Assembly (NCBI GenBank): GCA_963832145.1
Contig: CAWHTA010000002.1
Span: forward strand, 675,224-739,223
DNA length: 64,000 nucleotides
Direction of reading: 5' to 3'
From: an uncultured Acidobacteriota bacterium
Lineage (GTDB): Bacteria > Acidobacteriota > Thermoanaerobaculia > UBA5066 > Gp7-AA6
Shown here: positions 52,590 through 62,716 of the stretch, one piece after another
How positions within the stretch are numbered: the stretch's first letter is position 1
How the letters are laid out: the number at the start of each line of letters is the position of its first letter
The notes under the pieces: model-generated
Seen by the model: only the letters and a program-made list of their open reading frames with translations
Databases searched by the model: none
Told to the model about the DNA's origin: nothing
Program-made: the position numbers and the translations under genes

Positions 52590-53596
52590 ATGAAAGCGGT
52601 CCGCGTCGCCGCCGACGGAACCGTCGCGGTCATCGAAGCGCCCGTTCCCCGCATCGGGCCGGGCGAAGCGCTCGTCGAAGCGCACGCGCGGTGGGAATCT
52701 GCGGATCCGACCTCCTCGACTGGTACGTTCGCCGCAAGGCCGGCTCGATTCTCGGCCACGAGGTCGCCGGCGAAGTCGTGGAAGTGGGGAGCGGCGTCGA
52801 GAACTTCGCCGTCGGCGACCGGATCGTCCCGCACCACCACGCGCCGTGCGGACGGTGCGAGGAGTGCCGCAACGGCCGTCCCGTCCACTGCGCGGAGTGG
52901 CGAGCTTCCGCGCTCGATCCGGGCGGGATGGCGGAATTCATCCGGGTGCCGGCGGGAAATCTCGCGCGCGACTCGTGGAGGACTCCTCCGGCCGTCACCG
53001 ACGAGGAAGCGACCTTCGTCGAGCCGCTCGCGACGGTCGTCAAGGCCTTCCGCCGGGGAGCGTACGCGCCCTCGCGATCGCTCCTCGCGGTCGGGCTCGG
53101 AGCGACGGGTCAGCTCGCGATCCGTCTCGCGAAGGCGGCGGGCGCCTCGCGCATCGCCGGGGCGGACCGGGTCCCCTCGCGCCTGGCGCTCGCGGTGGAG
53201 AGCGGCGCGACGGAAACCATCGACGTTTCCCGCGCTCCGATCGACGGCTCGGCGAAGTTCGACTTCATCTTCGTCGGCCCGGGAAAGGCGGAGGTGATCG
53301 AGGGCGCGCTCGCGGCGGTCGCGCCGGGCGGGACACTCCTCGCGTTCACCATGGCGTCCCCCGAAGAACGCCTGTCGGTCTCCCCGCACGACCTCTACTT
53401 CCACGAGATCGCGATCGTCCCGTCGTACTCCTGCGGGCCCGAAGACATGCGGGAAGCGCTCGCCGCGATTGCTTCCGGGCGGGTGCGCGTCGCGGACCTC
53501 GTGACCCACCGCTTCGGCATCGAGCGCGCGCCGGAGGCGTTCGCCCGCGCGGCGCGACCGGAGGGCTCTCTGAAGGTTCTCCTGACGTTCCCCTGA
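52590..53596 (+). CDS. second zinc-dependent alcohol dehydrogenase family protein, frame broken near 52689-52693 (apparent 1-nt deletion)
   Basis: ATG 52590 gives MKAVRVAADGTVAVIEAPVPRIGPGEALVEAHAR, then nonsense. The -1 frame (track ORF 52691..53596) continues VGICGSDLLDWY...LGHEVAGEVVEVG...CGRCEECRNGRPVHC... to the C-terminus. Confidence 0.8.
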
Positions 53597-53599
53597 CGC

Positions 53600-54335
53600 G
53601 TGGCGCGCAACCGGCTCGACCGCATCCTGTTCGCGCGCGGGCTCGCGCCGACCCGCGAGAAGGCGCAGGCGCTCATCCTCTCGGGAGCGGTGTCCGTCGA
53701 CGGCCGCCGGGTGGACAAGGCCGGTACCCCCGTGGACGAGTCGGCGGAGATCACTGTCGCCGGACCTCCGCACCCCTACGTCTCGCGCGGCGGGTTGAAG
53801 CTTGCGGCCGCGCTCGACGCCTTCGGCCTCGACCCGGCGGGCGCCGTGTGCCTGGACGTCGGCGCATCCACCGGCGGGTTCACCGACTGTTTCCTGCAAC
53901 GCGGCGCGGCGAAGGTTTACGCCGTGGACGTCGGCCACGGCCAGCTCGATTCGAAGCTTCGAGCCGACCCGCGCGTCGTCGTCCGCGAGAAGGTCAACGC
54001 GCGCGCCCTGTCGGCGGGAGGACGTTCCCGAGCGCGTTCGCCTCGCCGCGATCGACGTTTCCTTCATCTCGACCCGCCTCATCCTGCCGGCAGTCGTTCC
54101 GCTCGTGGAGAAGACGGGCGCTGTCGTCGTCCTCGTGAAACCGCAGTTCGAAGCGGGCCGCGCGGAAGTCGGCAAGGGCGGCATCGTGCGATCGGAGGCG
54201 GTCCGGCAGCGCGTGCTCCAGTCGGTCGAGGGCTACGGCCGGGACTCGGGTCTCGAGCCGATCGGATCGATTCCGTCTCCCATTCGCGGGGCGCACGGCA
54301 ACGAGGAGTTTCTGATCGGCTTTCGATTAAAGTGA
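53600..54335 (+). CDS. tlyA: TlyA family rRNA 2'-O-methyltransferase, frame broken at 54016-54018 (apparent 1-nt insertion)
   Basis: GTG 53600 gives the S4 domain '[22 protein letters not shown]' and FtsJ '[12 protein letters not shown]' up to ...VNARALSA. The +1 frame continues [26 protein letters not shown]...[20 protein letters not shown]...[12 protein letters not shown] (tail of track ORF 53802..54335). Confidence 0.85.
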
Positions 54336-54340
54336 GCAGG

Positions 54341-55246
54341 ATGAAGGGGTCGCCCGGCAGGCGTCGCTCGGGTCGCCCGCCGGCCGGTCGGTTTCGGCGG
54401 GTGGGGCTCGCATGCAAGTGCACGTCGAAGCCGGCCCTCGCCCTCGCCGCCTCCCTCGACCAGGCGCTCCAGAAGAGGGGCCTCGAGGTCCATTTCGACT
54501 CCGACAGCGCGGCGGCCCTCGGCGGGCGGGAGGGAGTCTCGCGGGACCGACTCGCCCGCAGTGTCGACCTCGTGATCGTCGTCGGGGGAGACGGCACGCT
54601 CCTCTCCATCGCGCGCTCCGCCCCCACGTCGACTCCCGTCCTCGGGATCAACGTCGGTGTGCTCGGCTTCCTGGCGGGCCTGTCGCGCTCGGAGGCCCTG
54701 ACGCGGCTCGACGAGGTGCTCGCCGGCGAGTTCCGGGAAGACCGGCGGCTTCGTCTCCGCGTCTTCGTCTCGGGAGGCGAGCGACGGGCGCGATTCCGCG
54801 CCCTGAACGACGCCGTCCTGAACAGGCACGCCCTCGCGAGGATCTCGACGTTTCGCGTCGACCTCGACGGGCACAAGGTGGCGGAGTTCCGCGCGGACGG
54901 AGTCATCGTCTCGACGCCGACGGGATCGACCGCCTACAACCTCTCGGCCGGGGGCCCGATCCTCCATCCGCAGCTGCCCGCGGTGGTCGTCACCCCCATC
55001 TGTCCCCACACCCTGTCGCAGCGGCCCCTCGTCGTTCCGGCGGACACGGTCATCAGCGTGAGGATCCTCGACGCCCCGCGCGAGCCGGGCGGCGTCTACC
55101 TGACGATTGACGGCCAGGAGGGTCTCGCGATCGGGCCCGACCGATCGGTCGAGGTGCGGAGGGGAGCGTCGCCGGTAACCCTCCTGCGGCCTCCGGAGGC
55201 CGACCATTTCCGAAACCTGGCCGAAAAACTGAACTGGGGAATCTGA
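54341..55246 (+). CDS. nadK: NAD(+) kinase
   Basis: In frame within track ORF 53600..55246, from ATG 54341 (GTG ~54399 is an alternative start). '[13 protein letters not shown]', '[10 protein letters not shown]', '[22 protein letters not shown]'. Confidence 0.88.
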   Translation: MKGSPGRRRSGRPPAGRFRRVGLACKCTSKPALALAASLDQALQKRGLEVHFDSDSAAALGGREGVSRDRLARSVDLVIVVGGDGTLLSIARSAPTSTPVLGINVGVLGFLAGLSRSEALTRLDEVLAGEFREDRRLRLRVFVSGGERRARFRALNDAVLNRHALARISTFRVDLDGHKVAEFRADGVIVSTPTGSTAYNLSAGGPILHPQLPAVVVTPICPHTLSQRPLVVPADTVISVRILDAPREPGGVYLTIDGQEGLAIGPDRSVEVRRGASPVTLLRPPEADHFRNLAEKLNWGI

Positions 55247-55248
55247 GC

Positions 55249-58200
55249 TTGAGCGGAAAGAAAACACAGCCTCCGGAGGAAGCACACCTCCACTCCGCGC
55301 TCCACCTCTCGCCGCTCCGGCTCTTCCTCGTCGTCGTCGTTTTCCTCGTTCTCGCCTCCTACGCGGTCTGGAACTCGGAGCGCTTCCAGAACCTCTTTCA
55401 GGGCGTTTCGCAGACGCGCCTCTCCGAGGCGCTCGGGCGCCCGGTCACGTTCCGGCAGGTCGACTTCCGGGTGCTGCCGCCGGCGATCCGGCTTGCCGAC
55501 GTGCGGATCGGGAACGATCCCCGCCTCGGGCCCGAGCCGTTCCTGGAGGCGGAGGAGCTCTCGATCGGGGGCGGCATCTCGCTGACCGGCGGCGAGCTGC
55601 GGGTCGGAAGGATCCGGGCCCTTCGGCCGAGGGTCTCGCTCGTGCAGTTCCCCGACGGGACGTGGAACCTGCCGCCGGGAATCAATCAGCCGGCGAAGAA
55701 GGGTGGCGGGCTCAAGTTCCGCGTGGGTGAGGTCGTCCTCCAGCAGGGGATCTTCGCGCTCGACGGCGACAAGGTCGCTGTCGACGTCGCGCTCGAAGAC
55801 TTCAACGGGAACCTCGCTTCCATCGGCGAGGATCACTACACCGGGGCTCTGACGGCCCGGAAGATGACGCTCGGCCTTCCCTCCGCGGAGCCAATCGTGT
55901 CGGATCTCTCGACCCGCTTCCACATGGAGCCGGGGCGCGGGATCGTTTTCGAGTCGCTCCGACTCGCGGGATCCTTCGGCCGCCTGTCCGCGACCGGCGC
56001 GATCGAAACGGGCGGCGCCGGGTCGAAGACGACTTTCGCCGTGTCGGGCGACGTCTCGATCACGGAGGTCGAGCGGATCTTTCACTCGAACCTCGGCTTC
56101 GCCGGGGACGCGCGGATCGTCGCGCGGGGCGACATCCCCGCCGGGGGAGACTTCCGCATCGCGGGAAGGGTGATCTCCCCGAGCATCGATGCGAAGGGGT
56201 TCCTTCTCGAGGACGTCGAATTCATCGTGGATGCGCGCCCCGAGGAGCTCGTCGCGCGGATCGAGAGGGGACGCTACGCGGGGGGCGACGCACAGGGGGT
56301 CGTTCGCATCGCGAGTCTCGTCGAGAAGCCGCGCAACTTCACGATCGCGCTCGAAGGGAAGGGGCTCTCGCTCGAGCGGTTCTTCGGAGACCTCGACCTG
56401 CCGGGCATCGGCTTCTCGGCCGCGGCGGACCTCGTGGTCGCGCTCCGGTTCGCGGAGGAGGCCGGGATCGAGCACGCGAACGGCGGCGGCTCGCTCGACC
56501 TCCGGCCGGGCCCGGCCTCGTCGATCGTTCGCGGGCGTTACGGCCTGCCGACGGGCGGAGGCGGCCCGCTCTCCATCGTGGACGGAAGGATCGGCTTCGA
56601 AGGCGTGACGCTCCGCTTCCCGCAGACGACGGTGGAGCTGATCGGCGGCGTCCGGATCGGCCGGTGGGCTCCGGACTTCGACTTCGAGCTCACCTCGCGG
56701 GACCTGACCGAGGTGGATCACCTCTACCAGAACCTGGTCGCGGCCACCGGCGGGCAGCCCGAGCCGCTCGGTCTCGGGGGCACCGGGGAAGCGAACGGTC
56801 ATCTCGAAGGGGAGTGGGCGGATCCGGTCGCCACCGTGCAGTTCTCGGCGGAAGAGACGCGGTACGCCGGCGTGCAGTTCGGCAGCGTGCGCGGGACCGC
56901 CGACGTGCGGGACGGCGCGTTCGAGTTTCGTCCGCTGCGCGCCTACGACGGAGAGGCGAGCTTCTCCCTCGAAGGGACCGTTCGATACCGCGAGGCGCGG
57001 GGCCAGCCGAAGCTCGACGTCCAGATCGCGGCGCGCGAGTATCCGATGTCGCGACTCCTCGAGTACCTCGACCTCGACTATCCGGTGGAGGGGCGCGTGT
57101 CCGGGAGCTTCCCGGTCGTGGGCAACGCTGCCGCGCTCTCCGGGGGCGGCCCGGTGACGGTTCGGGACGCCGTGATCTGGGGTCAGCGCGTGCCGCTCGT
57201 CACCGGAAAGCTTCTCTTCTCGCCCGGAACGTTCCGGCTCGACGACGTCCGAGCGGAAATCGACGGCGGGGTCGTCGCGGGCTCGGGCTCGATCGCTCTC
57301 GAACAAAAAACGTTTCAAGCGCGCTTCGCGGCGGATGGGATTCCGATCGGAGCGGTGACCGCACTCGCCGAAGTGTCCGAAGACGTCTCCGGCAAGCTTT
57401 CCTTTCAGGTCGCCGGAGACGGGGAGATCGCGCGGCCGAACCTGACCGCGACCGCGACCCTCTCCGAAGCGTCGCTCTTCGGGCACAAGCTGCCCGAGGG
57501 CAGCGAGCCGCGCCTCGACGTGAAAATGGTTCAGGGTGCGCTCACGGGCGGTATATCGGTGCCCGAGAGGTGGACGCTCTCGGCGGAGGGGAATCTCCTC
57601 GAGCCGGGCGCGAAGGTCAACGTCTCGCTCGACGCGCGCGACCTCGCGGCTCTCCTTCTCTTCACGCCGTTCACGCTCGAGCCGGGCCGGGGGGGCGCGC
57701 TGGCGCTGCGCGGCGTCCTGACGCTCCCCGCCGACGAAAAGGCGTTTCTCTCCGGCGAGTTCACGGTGACCGAGGCGCGGCTCGACTTTCCGGATCGTCC
57801 CGGCATCCTCCGCACGTCCGGAGACGTGCGGATCGCGCTGCGCGAGCGGCGGCTCACCTTCGACGAATTTCACGCGACGGGGGAGGGCACCGACCTGAAA
57901 GTGAGCGGCTCGGTGGACCTCGGAGCCGAGCACGCCCTCTCCCTCGCCGTGGCCGGGCCGATCGACGCGTCGCTCGTGGCCCTCGCCGTTCCCGGCACGG
58001 TGCTGACCGGGCGCCTCGTCCTCGACCTCTCCGCCGGCGGGACCTTCCAGGCGCCCGACCTCTCGGGAACACTTAGAGTCGAGAACGGAAAGTACCGGCT
58101 GACCGGTCTGACTCAGATCGTCGACGACATCGACGGGGTCATCTCGTTTCACGGATCGCGGGTACAGGTGGACGGGCTTCGCGCACGGGTCGGGGGAGGC

Positions 58201-59214
58201 GATCTCCTCGCCGCCGGCAGCGTCAATCTGCAGGGGCTCAAGCTCGTGAACTTCCGGCTCACGATCCAGGCCCGTCACGTCGCCATGCGGTATCCCGAAG
58301 ACATGCGCCTCGTCGTGGATGCGGACCTCGTCGCGACGGGAGTTCCGGGGAGCAACATCGTGCGCGGCGAGGTCACGCTCCTGCGTGGGACTTACTCGCG
58401 CGACTTCGAGGTTACCCTCGCGGATCTCCTCGAGAGGAGCCGGCCGAGCGGCGCGATCGCCGCGAGGGAGCCATGGAAGGAGGAGACCGCGCTCGAAGTG
58501 CGGATCGTCTCCGCGGCGGCGCTCGAGGTCCGCAACAACGTCGCGCGGCTCACCGCGGAGGTCGACCTGGTTGCGCGCGGCACCGTCGCGCAGCCGATCG
58601 TGCTCGGGCAGATCCTCCTCGACGAGGGCGGGCGAATCACGTTCCGCGACGTCCAATACGAGATCGAGGCCGGCACGGTCACGTTCGCGAACACCGCGCG
58701 GATCGCGCCGATCATCGACCTCCGCGCCCGCGCCGAGGTCAAGGGCTACGACCTCATCGTCAGCCTCGTCGGCACGTGGCCCCGGATCCAGTCCACGTTC
58801 ACTTCCGACCCGCCCCTCTCCGACGACGCGGTCATCGGCCTGCTCCTGACCGGCGCCGAGCCCGGGCAGCGGACGGCGGGAGGGGACGCCGGCCAGGGAA
58901 TCGTCTCGGCGGGCGCCGGCATGGTGGCCGGGGCTGTCGCCGGCACGTTGACACGCGGGACGCAGCGTCTCTTTCGCCTCGATCGCTTCCAGATCGACCC
59001 CGTTTTCACCGGGAGCCAGCTCACCGACATCCGCTCGACTGTCGGAAAGCAGATCACCCCCGAGCTCTCGGCCACTTACTCGCAGTCGCTCAACTCCGAC
59101 AAGGAACCAGTCGTGCAGCTCGAGTGGCGGGTCACTCAGTTCATCACGCTGCAGGCGTTGCGCGACGAGAACGGGGTCTACTCGATCAACGTCCGGCGGC
59201 GGCAGCGGTTTTGA
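55249..59214 (+). CDS. tamB: translocation and assembly module protein TamB-like (AsmA-like repeats, C-terminal DUF490)
   Basis: 1321 aa, TTG start. A single N-terminal TM helix, then a long beta-rich repetitive body. The C-terminus 'GKQITPELSATYSQSL...VVQLEWRVTQFITLQALRDENGVYSINVRRRQRF' is typical of DUF490. Confidence 0.8.
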   Translation: MSGKKTQPPEEAHLHSALHLSPLRLFLVVVVFLVLASYAVWNSERFQNLFQGVSQTRLSEALGRPVTFRQVDFRVLPPAIRLADVRIGNDPRLGPEPFLEAEELSIGGGISLTGGELRVGRIRALRPRVSLVQFPDGTWNLPPGINQPAKKGGGLKFRVGEVVLQQGIFALDGDKVAVDVALEDFNGNLASIGEDHYTGALTARKMTLGLPSAEPIVSDLSTRFHMEPGRGIVFESLRLAGSFGRLSATGAIETGGAGSKTTFAVSGDVSITEVERIFHSNLGFAGDARIVARGDIPAGGDFRIAGRVISPSIDAKGFLLEDVEFIVDARPEELVARIERGRYAGGDAQGVVRIASLVEKPRNFTIALEGKGLSLERFFGDLDLPGIGFSAAADLVVALRFAEEAGIEHANGGGSLDLRPGPASSIVRGRYGLPTGGGGPLSIVDGRIGFEGVTLRFPQTTVELIGGVRIGRWAPDFDFELTSRDLTEVDHLYQNLVAATGGQPEPLGLGGTGEANGHLEGEWADPVATVQFSAEETRYAGVQFGSVRGTADVRDGAFEFRPLRAYDGEASFSLEGTVRYREARGQPKLDVQIAAREYPMSRLLEYLDLDYPVEGRVSGSFPVVGNAAALSGGGPVTVRDAVIWGQRVPLVTGKLLFSPGTFRLDDVRAEIDGGVVAGSGSIALEQKTFQARFAADGIPIGAVTALAEVSEDVSGKLSFQVAGDGEIARPNLTATATLSEASLFGHKLPEGSEPRLDVKMVQGALTGGISVPERWTLSAEGNLLEPGAKVNVSLDARDLAALLLFTPFTLEPGRGGALALRGVLTLPADEKAFLSGEFTVTEARLDFPDRPGILRTSGDVRIALRERRLTFDEFHATGEGTDLKVSGSVDLGAEHALSLAVAGPIDASLVALAVPGTVLTGRLVLDLSAGGTFQAPDLSGTLRVENGKYRLTGLTQIVDDIDGVISFHGSRVQVDGLRARVGGGDLLAAGSVNLQGLKLVNFRLTIQARHVAMRYPEDMRLVVDADLVATGVPGSNIVRGEVTLLRGTYSRDFEVTLADLLERSRPSGAIAAREPWKEETALEVRIVSAAALEVRNNVARLTAEVDLVARGTVAQPIVLGQILLDEGGRITFRDVQYEIEAGTVTFANTARIAPIIDLRARAEVKGYDLIVSLVGTWPRIQSTFTSDPPLSDDAVIGLLLTGAEPGQRTAGGDAGQGIVSAGAGMVAGAVAGTLTRGTQRLFRLDRFQIDPVFTGSQLTDIRSTVGKQITPELSATYSQSLNSDKEPVVQLEWRVTQFITLQALRDENGVYSINVRRRQRF

Positions 59215-62200
59215 CCGCGCGAAGACCCGCACCGCTCGCTCTCGCGGCCGCGCTTCTCCTCCTCGCGGCGGGGCGCGTCCTCGCCCAGGCTCCCGCCGCG
59301 GAGCTGCCCCCGCTTTTCGGCCGGATCGTCCAGTCGGTGGGGTACACGTCCGACGGCCCGGTCGACAAAGACGAGGTGACCCGGCTCGTCTCGATCAAGC
59401 CGGGACAGGCCCTCACGGAGGAGGGCACGGGTGCCACGATCCGCCACCTCTTTGCGACCCGTCGATTCTCCGACGTGCGCATCGAGGCCACGCCGGCGGC
59501 GGCGGGGGTCGACGTGACGATCCACCTCTTTCGGGCCTATCGCGTCAACCCCCTCCGATTCGACGACGGCGTCTCGGTGCCGAAGGAGGACATGCGTCGG
59601 GTCGTGACGCTGGCGGAGGGCGCGGTCTTTCAGGCGGAGGAGCTCGAGGAGGGCGCCGAGGCTCTGAAGCGCCGCCTCGACGCGGAGGGCTACGTGACCT
59701 CAACGGTGCAGCCCGAAGTCTTCTTCGACCGGACGACCTTCGACGCCGAAGTCATCTACCACATCGAGGCGGGAAAGCCGGCCAAGACGGCCCCGCCGCT
59801 GTTCGACGGGGAGACAAAACCCTTCACCCGCGACCAGCTCCTGAAGAAGGCGCGCCTCGACCCGGGAGATCGCTACCGCGAGACGCGGGCCCGCGCGGAC
59901 GCGGAGCGCATGACGAAGTTCCTCCGGAAGGAGCGGTACCTCCGCGGAAACGTGGAGCTGATAGCCGCCCAGCCGGACGACGACGGCCGCGTGATCCCCG
60001 TGTACCGGATCTCGGTCGGGCCCAGGGTCGTCTTTCAGACGAAGGGGATCAAGGAGCGACGGGTGCGGCGCGAGGTGTTCGATCTCCTCCAGGGCCAGAT
60101 CTTCGACGAGGACCTCATCCTCCAGTACGTCGAGAACAAGAAACGCGGACTGCAGCGCAAGGGGCGATACCGCGCCACCGTCGAGTACGCGATGTCGGAG
60201 GCGCCGGAGGTCCTCACCGTCTCCATCACCGTGGACGAGGGGCGCAAGTACGCGGTGGAGCAGATCGAGATCGCAGGGAACGAGCAGGTCCCCGACGACA
60301 AGCTCCGCGAGCTCATGGTGACGCAGAAGAAGGGGCTTCCCCTCATCCGGCCGGGCCGGCTCGTGGACAAGGACCTCGAGGACGACCTGGACGCCATCCT
60401 CGGCTACTACCAGACGCGGGGCTGGGTCAGCGCGGAGGTCGAGGACCCGAAAGTCACGGAGGGCTCGCGGCCGGACCGCTTGATCGTGAACATCGCCGTC
60501 ACCGAGGGACCGCGGGCGATCGTCGCCACGCGGAAGGTCGAGGGAGCGGAGCACCTCTCGGCGGACGAGATCGAGAAGATCCTCGTCGTGGAGACCGGGG
60601 AACCGTTCAACCCGAACGAAGTGCGCCAGGACTCCTTTTCGCTGCAGAATGAGTACCGCAACCGCGGCTGGCGCGAGGCGGCCGTCAAGGACGACTGGAC
60701 GATCTCGCCCGACGGCACGGCGGCGAACGTCGTCTACACCGTCGAGGAGGGGATGCGGTCCTTCTTCGGGAAGACGATCGTCCGCGGTAACACCCGGACG
60801 AGCACCGATCGGATCACGCGGCTCGTCAGCTGGGACGAGGGGGACCCCTTCTCCGAGCAGGAGGTCCTGTCGACGCAGAGGAACCTCACGCGGACGGGGG
60901 TTTTCCGCCGCGTCGAGCTCTCGCCCCAGCCGGCCGATCCGGCGACCCAGGTGCGCACCGTCGACATCGAGGTTCGCGAGGGCCGCCCGCTGTCGCTGCT
61001 CTACGGTCTCGGTTACCAGTACGCGCCGGACGCCCTCGAGAACCGGCACGACCCCTTCGGAATCGTCGGCGTCTCCTACAACAACCTGTTCGGCACGATG
61101 CGGTCCGCTTCTCTCGAGCTCCAGTACGCGCCGCTCTCATCGCGCGGGCGGGTGATCGCGACGTTTCGCGAGCCGTTCCTCTTCAACCGAGACATTCCGT
61201 TGACCCTGCTCGTCTTCTTCACGCGCGAGCCGATCCAGAAGATCGACATCGAGCGTCTCGGAACCGTGCTCGAGTCTTCGCGCCTCTTCGGCAACTACCT
61301 GCGCGTCGGGCTGCGTTACGAGTACCAGCGGATCGAGCCCGTCAACGCGGAGAGAGACCTCTCCACGATCGAGCGGGAGTTCAGCAAGTTCGACCGGCCC
61401 ATCCTTCAGTCCGCGATCGGTCCGAACCTCTTCTACGACCGGCGCGACGATGTCATCGACCCGCACCGCGGCTATTACCTGACGGGCGCGACCAAGTACG
61501 CGTTCCCGCTCGCGCAGTGCCCCGTCACGGAGGACCCGGAGAACCGGGAGCTCTGCTACGCCGACTATCTGAAGCTCTCGGGGCAGGCCGCCTACTTCCG
61601 CCCGTTTGGCGGAGGCGTGTTCGCGGTGTCGGCGAGGGCCGGAGCCATCAGCTCGTACGGCGAGGAGCAGGGCGTGCCGGTTCCGATCGCCGAGCGGTTC
61701 TTCGCGGGCGGTCGATCCACCAATCGCGCGTTCGAGACCGACCTGCTCGGGACCTACGGCCTCACTGTCGACCCGGACACGCGCGCGCTCCCGCGGACCG
61801 AAGACGGCGTCGGATCCTGCGCGGAGAGCTACCCGGACCTTCTTGCCGAGCACCCGGAGCTGGCGCTCTACGACTGCGATGCCGGGCCGCGGATCGTGGG
61901 GGGCAACGGCTTTCTCGGCGTGAATGCCGAGTTCCGCTTCCCGATCTTCGGGAACGTCGGCGGGACCGTCTTCTACGACGCCGCGCAGGTCTGGAAAAAC
62001 CCGGCCGACATCCGCGTCTCGCTCGAGGGCGACGACGGGCTCCGGCAGGGAATCGGCGTCGGGCTCCGCTACATGACCCCGATCGGCCCGGTGCGCGTCG
62101 AGTACGGCTGGCCGCTCGACCCCCGTACCGTTCCTTTCAGCGTGAAGGTCCTCGACGAGGTGGGCAACGTGGTCGAAACGATCCCGGCGGGCACGCGGAA

Positions 62201-62243
62201 GGAGACGGGCCAGTTCTTCTTCTCGATCGGCTACCCCTTCTAG
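59211..62243 (+). CDS. bamA: outer-membrane protein assembly factor BamA/TamA family (POTRA repeats + Omp85 barrel)
   Basis: This is the last 1010 codons of track ORF 58473..62243. TTG 59211 overlaps the tamB stop (TTGA). Signal peptide 'LALAAALLLLAAGRVLAQA', POTRA-like units, barrel motifs 'ERFFAGGRSTNRAF', 'GIGVGLRYMTPIGPVRVEYGWPL', terminal 'FFSIGYPF'. Confidence 0.85.
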   Translation: MTARRPAPLALAAALLLLAAGRVLAQAPAAELPPLFGRIVQSVGYTSDGPVDKDEVTRLVSIKPGQALTEEGTGATIRHLFATRRFSDVRIEATPAAAGVDVTIHLFRAYRVNPLRFDDGVSVPKEDMRRVVTLAEGAVFQAEELEEGAEALKRRLDAEGYVTSTVQPEVFFDRTTFDAEVIYHIEAGKPAKTAPPLFDGETKPFTRDQLLKKARLDPGDRYRETRARADAERMTKFLRKERYLRGNVELIAAQPDDDGRVIPVYRISVGPRVVFQTKGIKERRVRREVFDLLQGQIFDEDLILQYVENKKRGLQRKGRYRATVEYAMSEAPEVLTVSITVDEGRKYAVEQIEIAGNEQVPDDKLRELMVTQKKGLPLIRPGRLVDKDLEDDLDAILGYYQTRGWVSAEVEDPKVTEGSRPDRLIVNIAVTEGPRAIVATRKVEGAEHLSADEIEKILVVETGEPFNPNEVRQDSFSLQNEYRNRGWREAAVKDDWTISPDGTAANVVYTVEEGMRSFFGKTIVRGNTRTSTDRITRLVSWDEGDPFSEQEVLSTQRNLTRTGVFRRVELSPQPADPATQVRTVDIEVREGRPLSLLYGLGYQYAPDALENRHDPFGIVGVSYNNLFGTMRSASLELQYAPLSSRGRVIATFREPFLFNRDIPLTLLVFFTREPIQKIDIERLGTVLESSRLFGNYLRVGLRYEYQRIEPVNAERDLSTIEREFSKFDRPILQSAIGPNLFYDRRDDVIDPHRGYYLTGATKYAFPLAQCPVTEDPENRELCYADYLKLSGQAAYFRPFGGGVFAVSARAGAISSYGEEQGVPVPIAERFFAGGRSTNRAFETDLLGTYGLTVDPDTRALPRTEDGVGSCAESYPDLLAEHPELALYDCDAGPRIVGGNGFLGVNAEFRFPIFGNVGGTVFYDAAQVWKNPADIRVSLEGDDGLRQGIGVGLRYMTPIGPVRVEYGWPLDPRTVPFSVKVLDEVGNVVETIPAGTRKETGQFFFSIGYPF

Positions 62244-62254
62244 GAAGCGAGCGG

Positions 62255-62716
62255 CTAACCGAGTAGCTTCGCGAGCTCTCCCCGCGCGCGCTCCCGGTCG
62301 CGCGCCTTCCGAACGAGGACGAGGATCGTGTCGTCGCCCGCGATCGTGCCCGCGAGCTCCGGCCGCCGGGCTTCGTCGATCGCGATCCCGACGGCGTTCG
62401 CGCGCCCCGGCAGGGTCTTGACGAGGAAGAACGACTCGCCCGCGTCCACCGCCGTGACGAACTCCCGGAACGCGTTGCGCAGGTTCTCCTCGGACGACGG
62501 CGTGCCGGGGGACGTGCCGTTGGAGATCGCGTAGCGGTAGGCGCCTTCGCGGTCCGCGACCTTCACGAGGCCGAGACGCTTCACGTCGCGTGACACCGTT
62601 GCCTGCGTCACAGCCGCACCCCGGCGCCCGAGCTCGCGGGCGAGCTCGCCCTGCGTGGCGACGGGGTGGGTCGCCACGATCTCGAGAATTGCCCGCTCCC
62701 GCGCCATGCGGTTCAT
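62255..62716 (-). CDS. argR: arginine repressor
   Basis: This is the last 153 codons of track ORF 62255..63727, from ATG 62716 (ATGA overlap with the argH stop). 'ILEIVATHPVATQGELARELGRRGAAVTQATVSRDVKRLGLVK', 'GTIAGDDTILVL'. Confidence 0.9.
   Translation of the reverse strand: MNRMARERAILEIVATHPVATQGELARELGRRGAAVTQATVSRDVKRLGLVKVADREGAYRYAISNGTSPGTPSSEENLRNAFREFVTAVDAGESFFLVKTLPGRANAVGIAIDEARRPELAGTIAGDDTILVLVRKARDRERARGELAKLLG

Noticed and set aside
50582-59232. 1200-aa (50582..54184) and 1378-aa (55096..59232) minus-strand ORFs
   Set aside because: They are antisense to ispA, the MDR genes and tlyA, and to tamB respectively. Both have Arg-rich shadow-frame composition.
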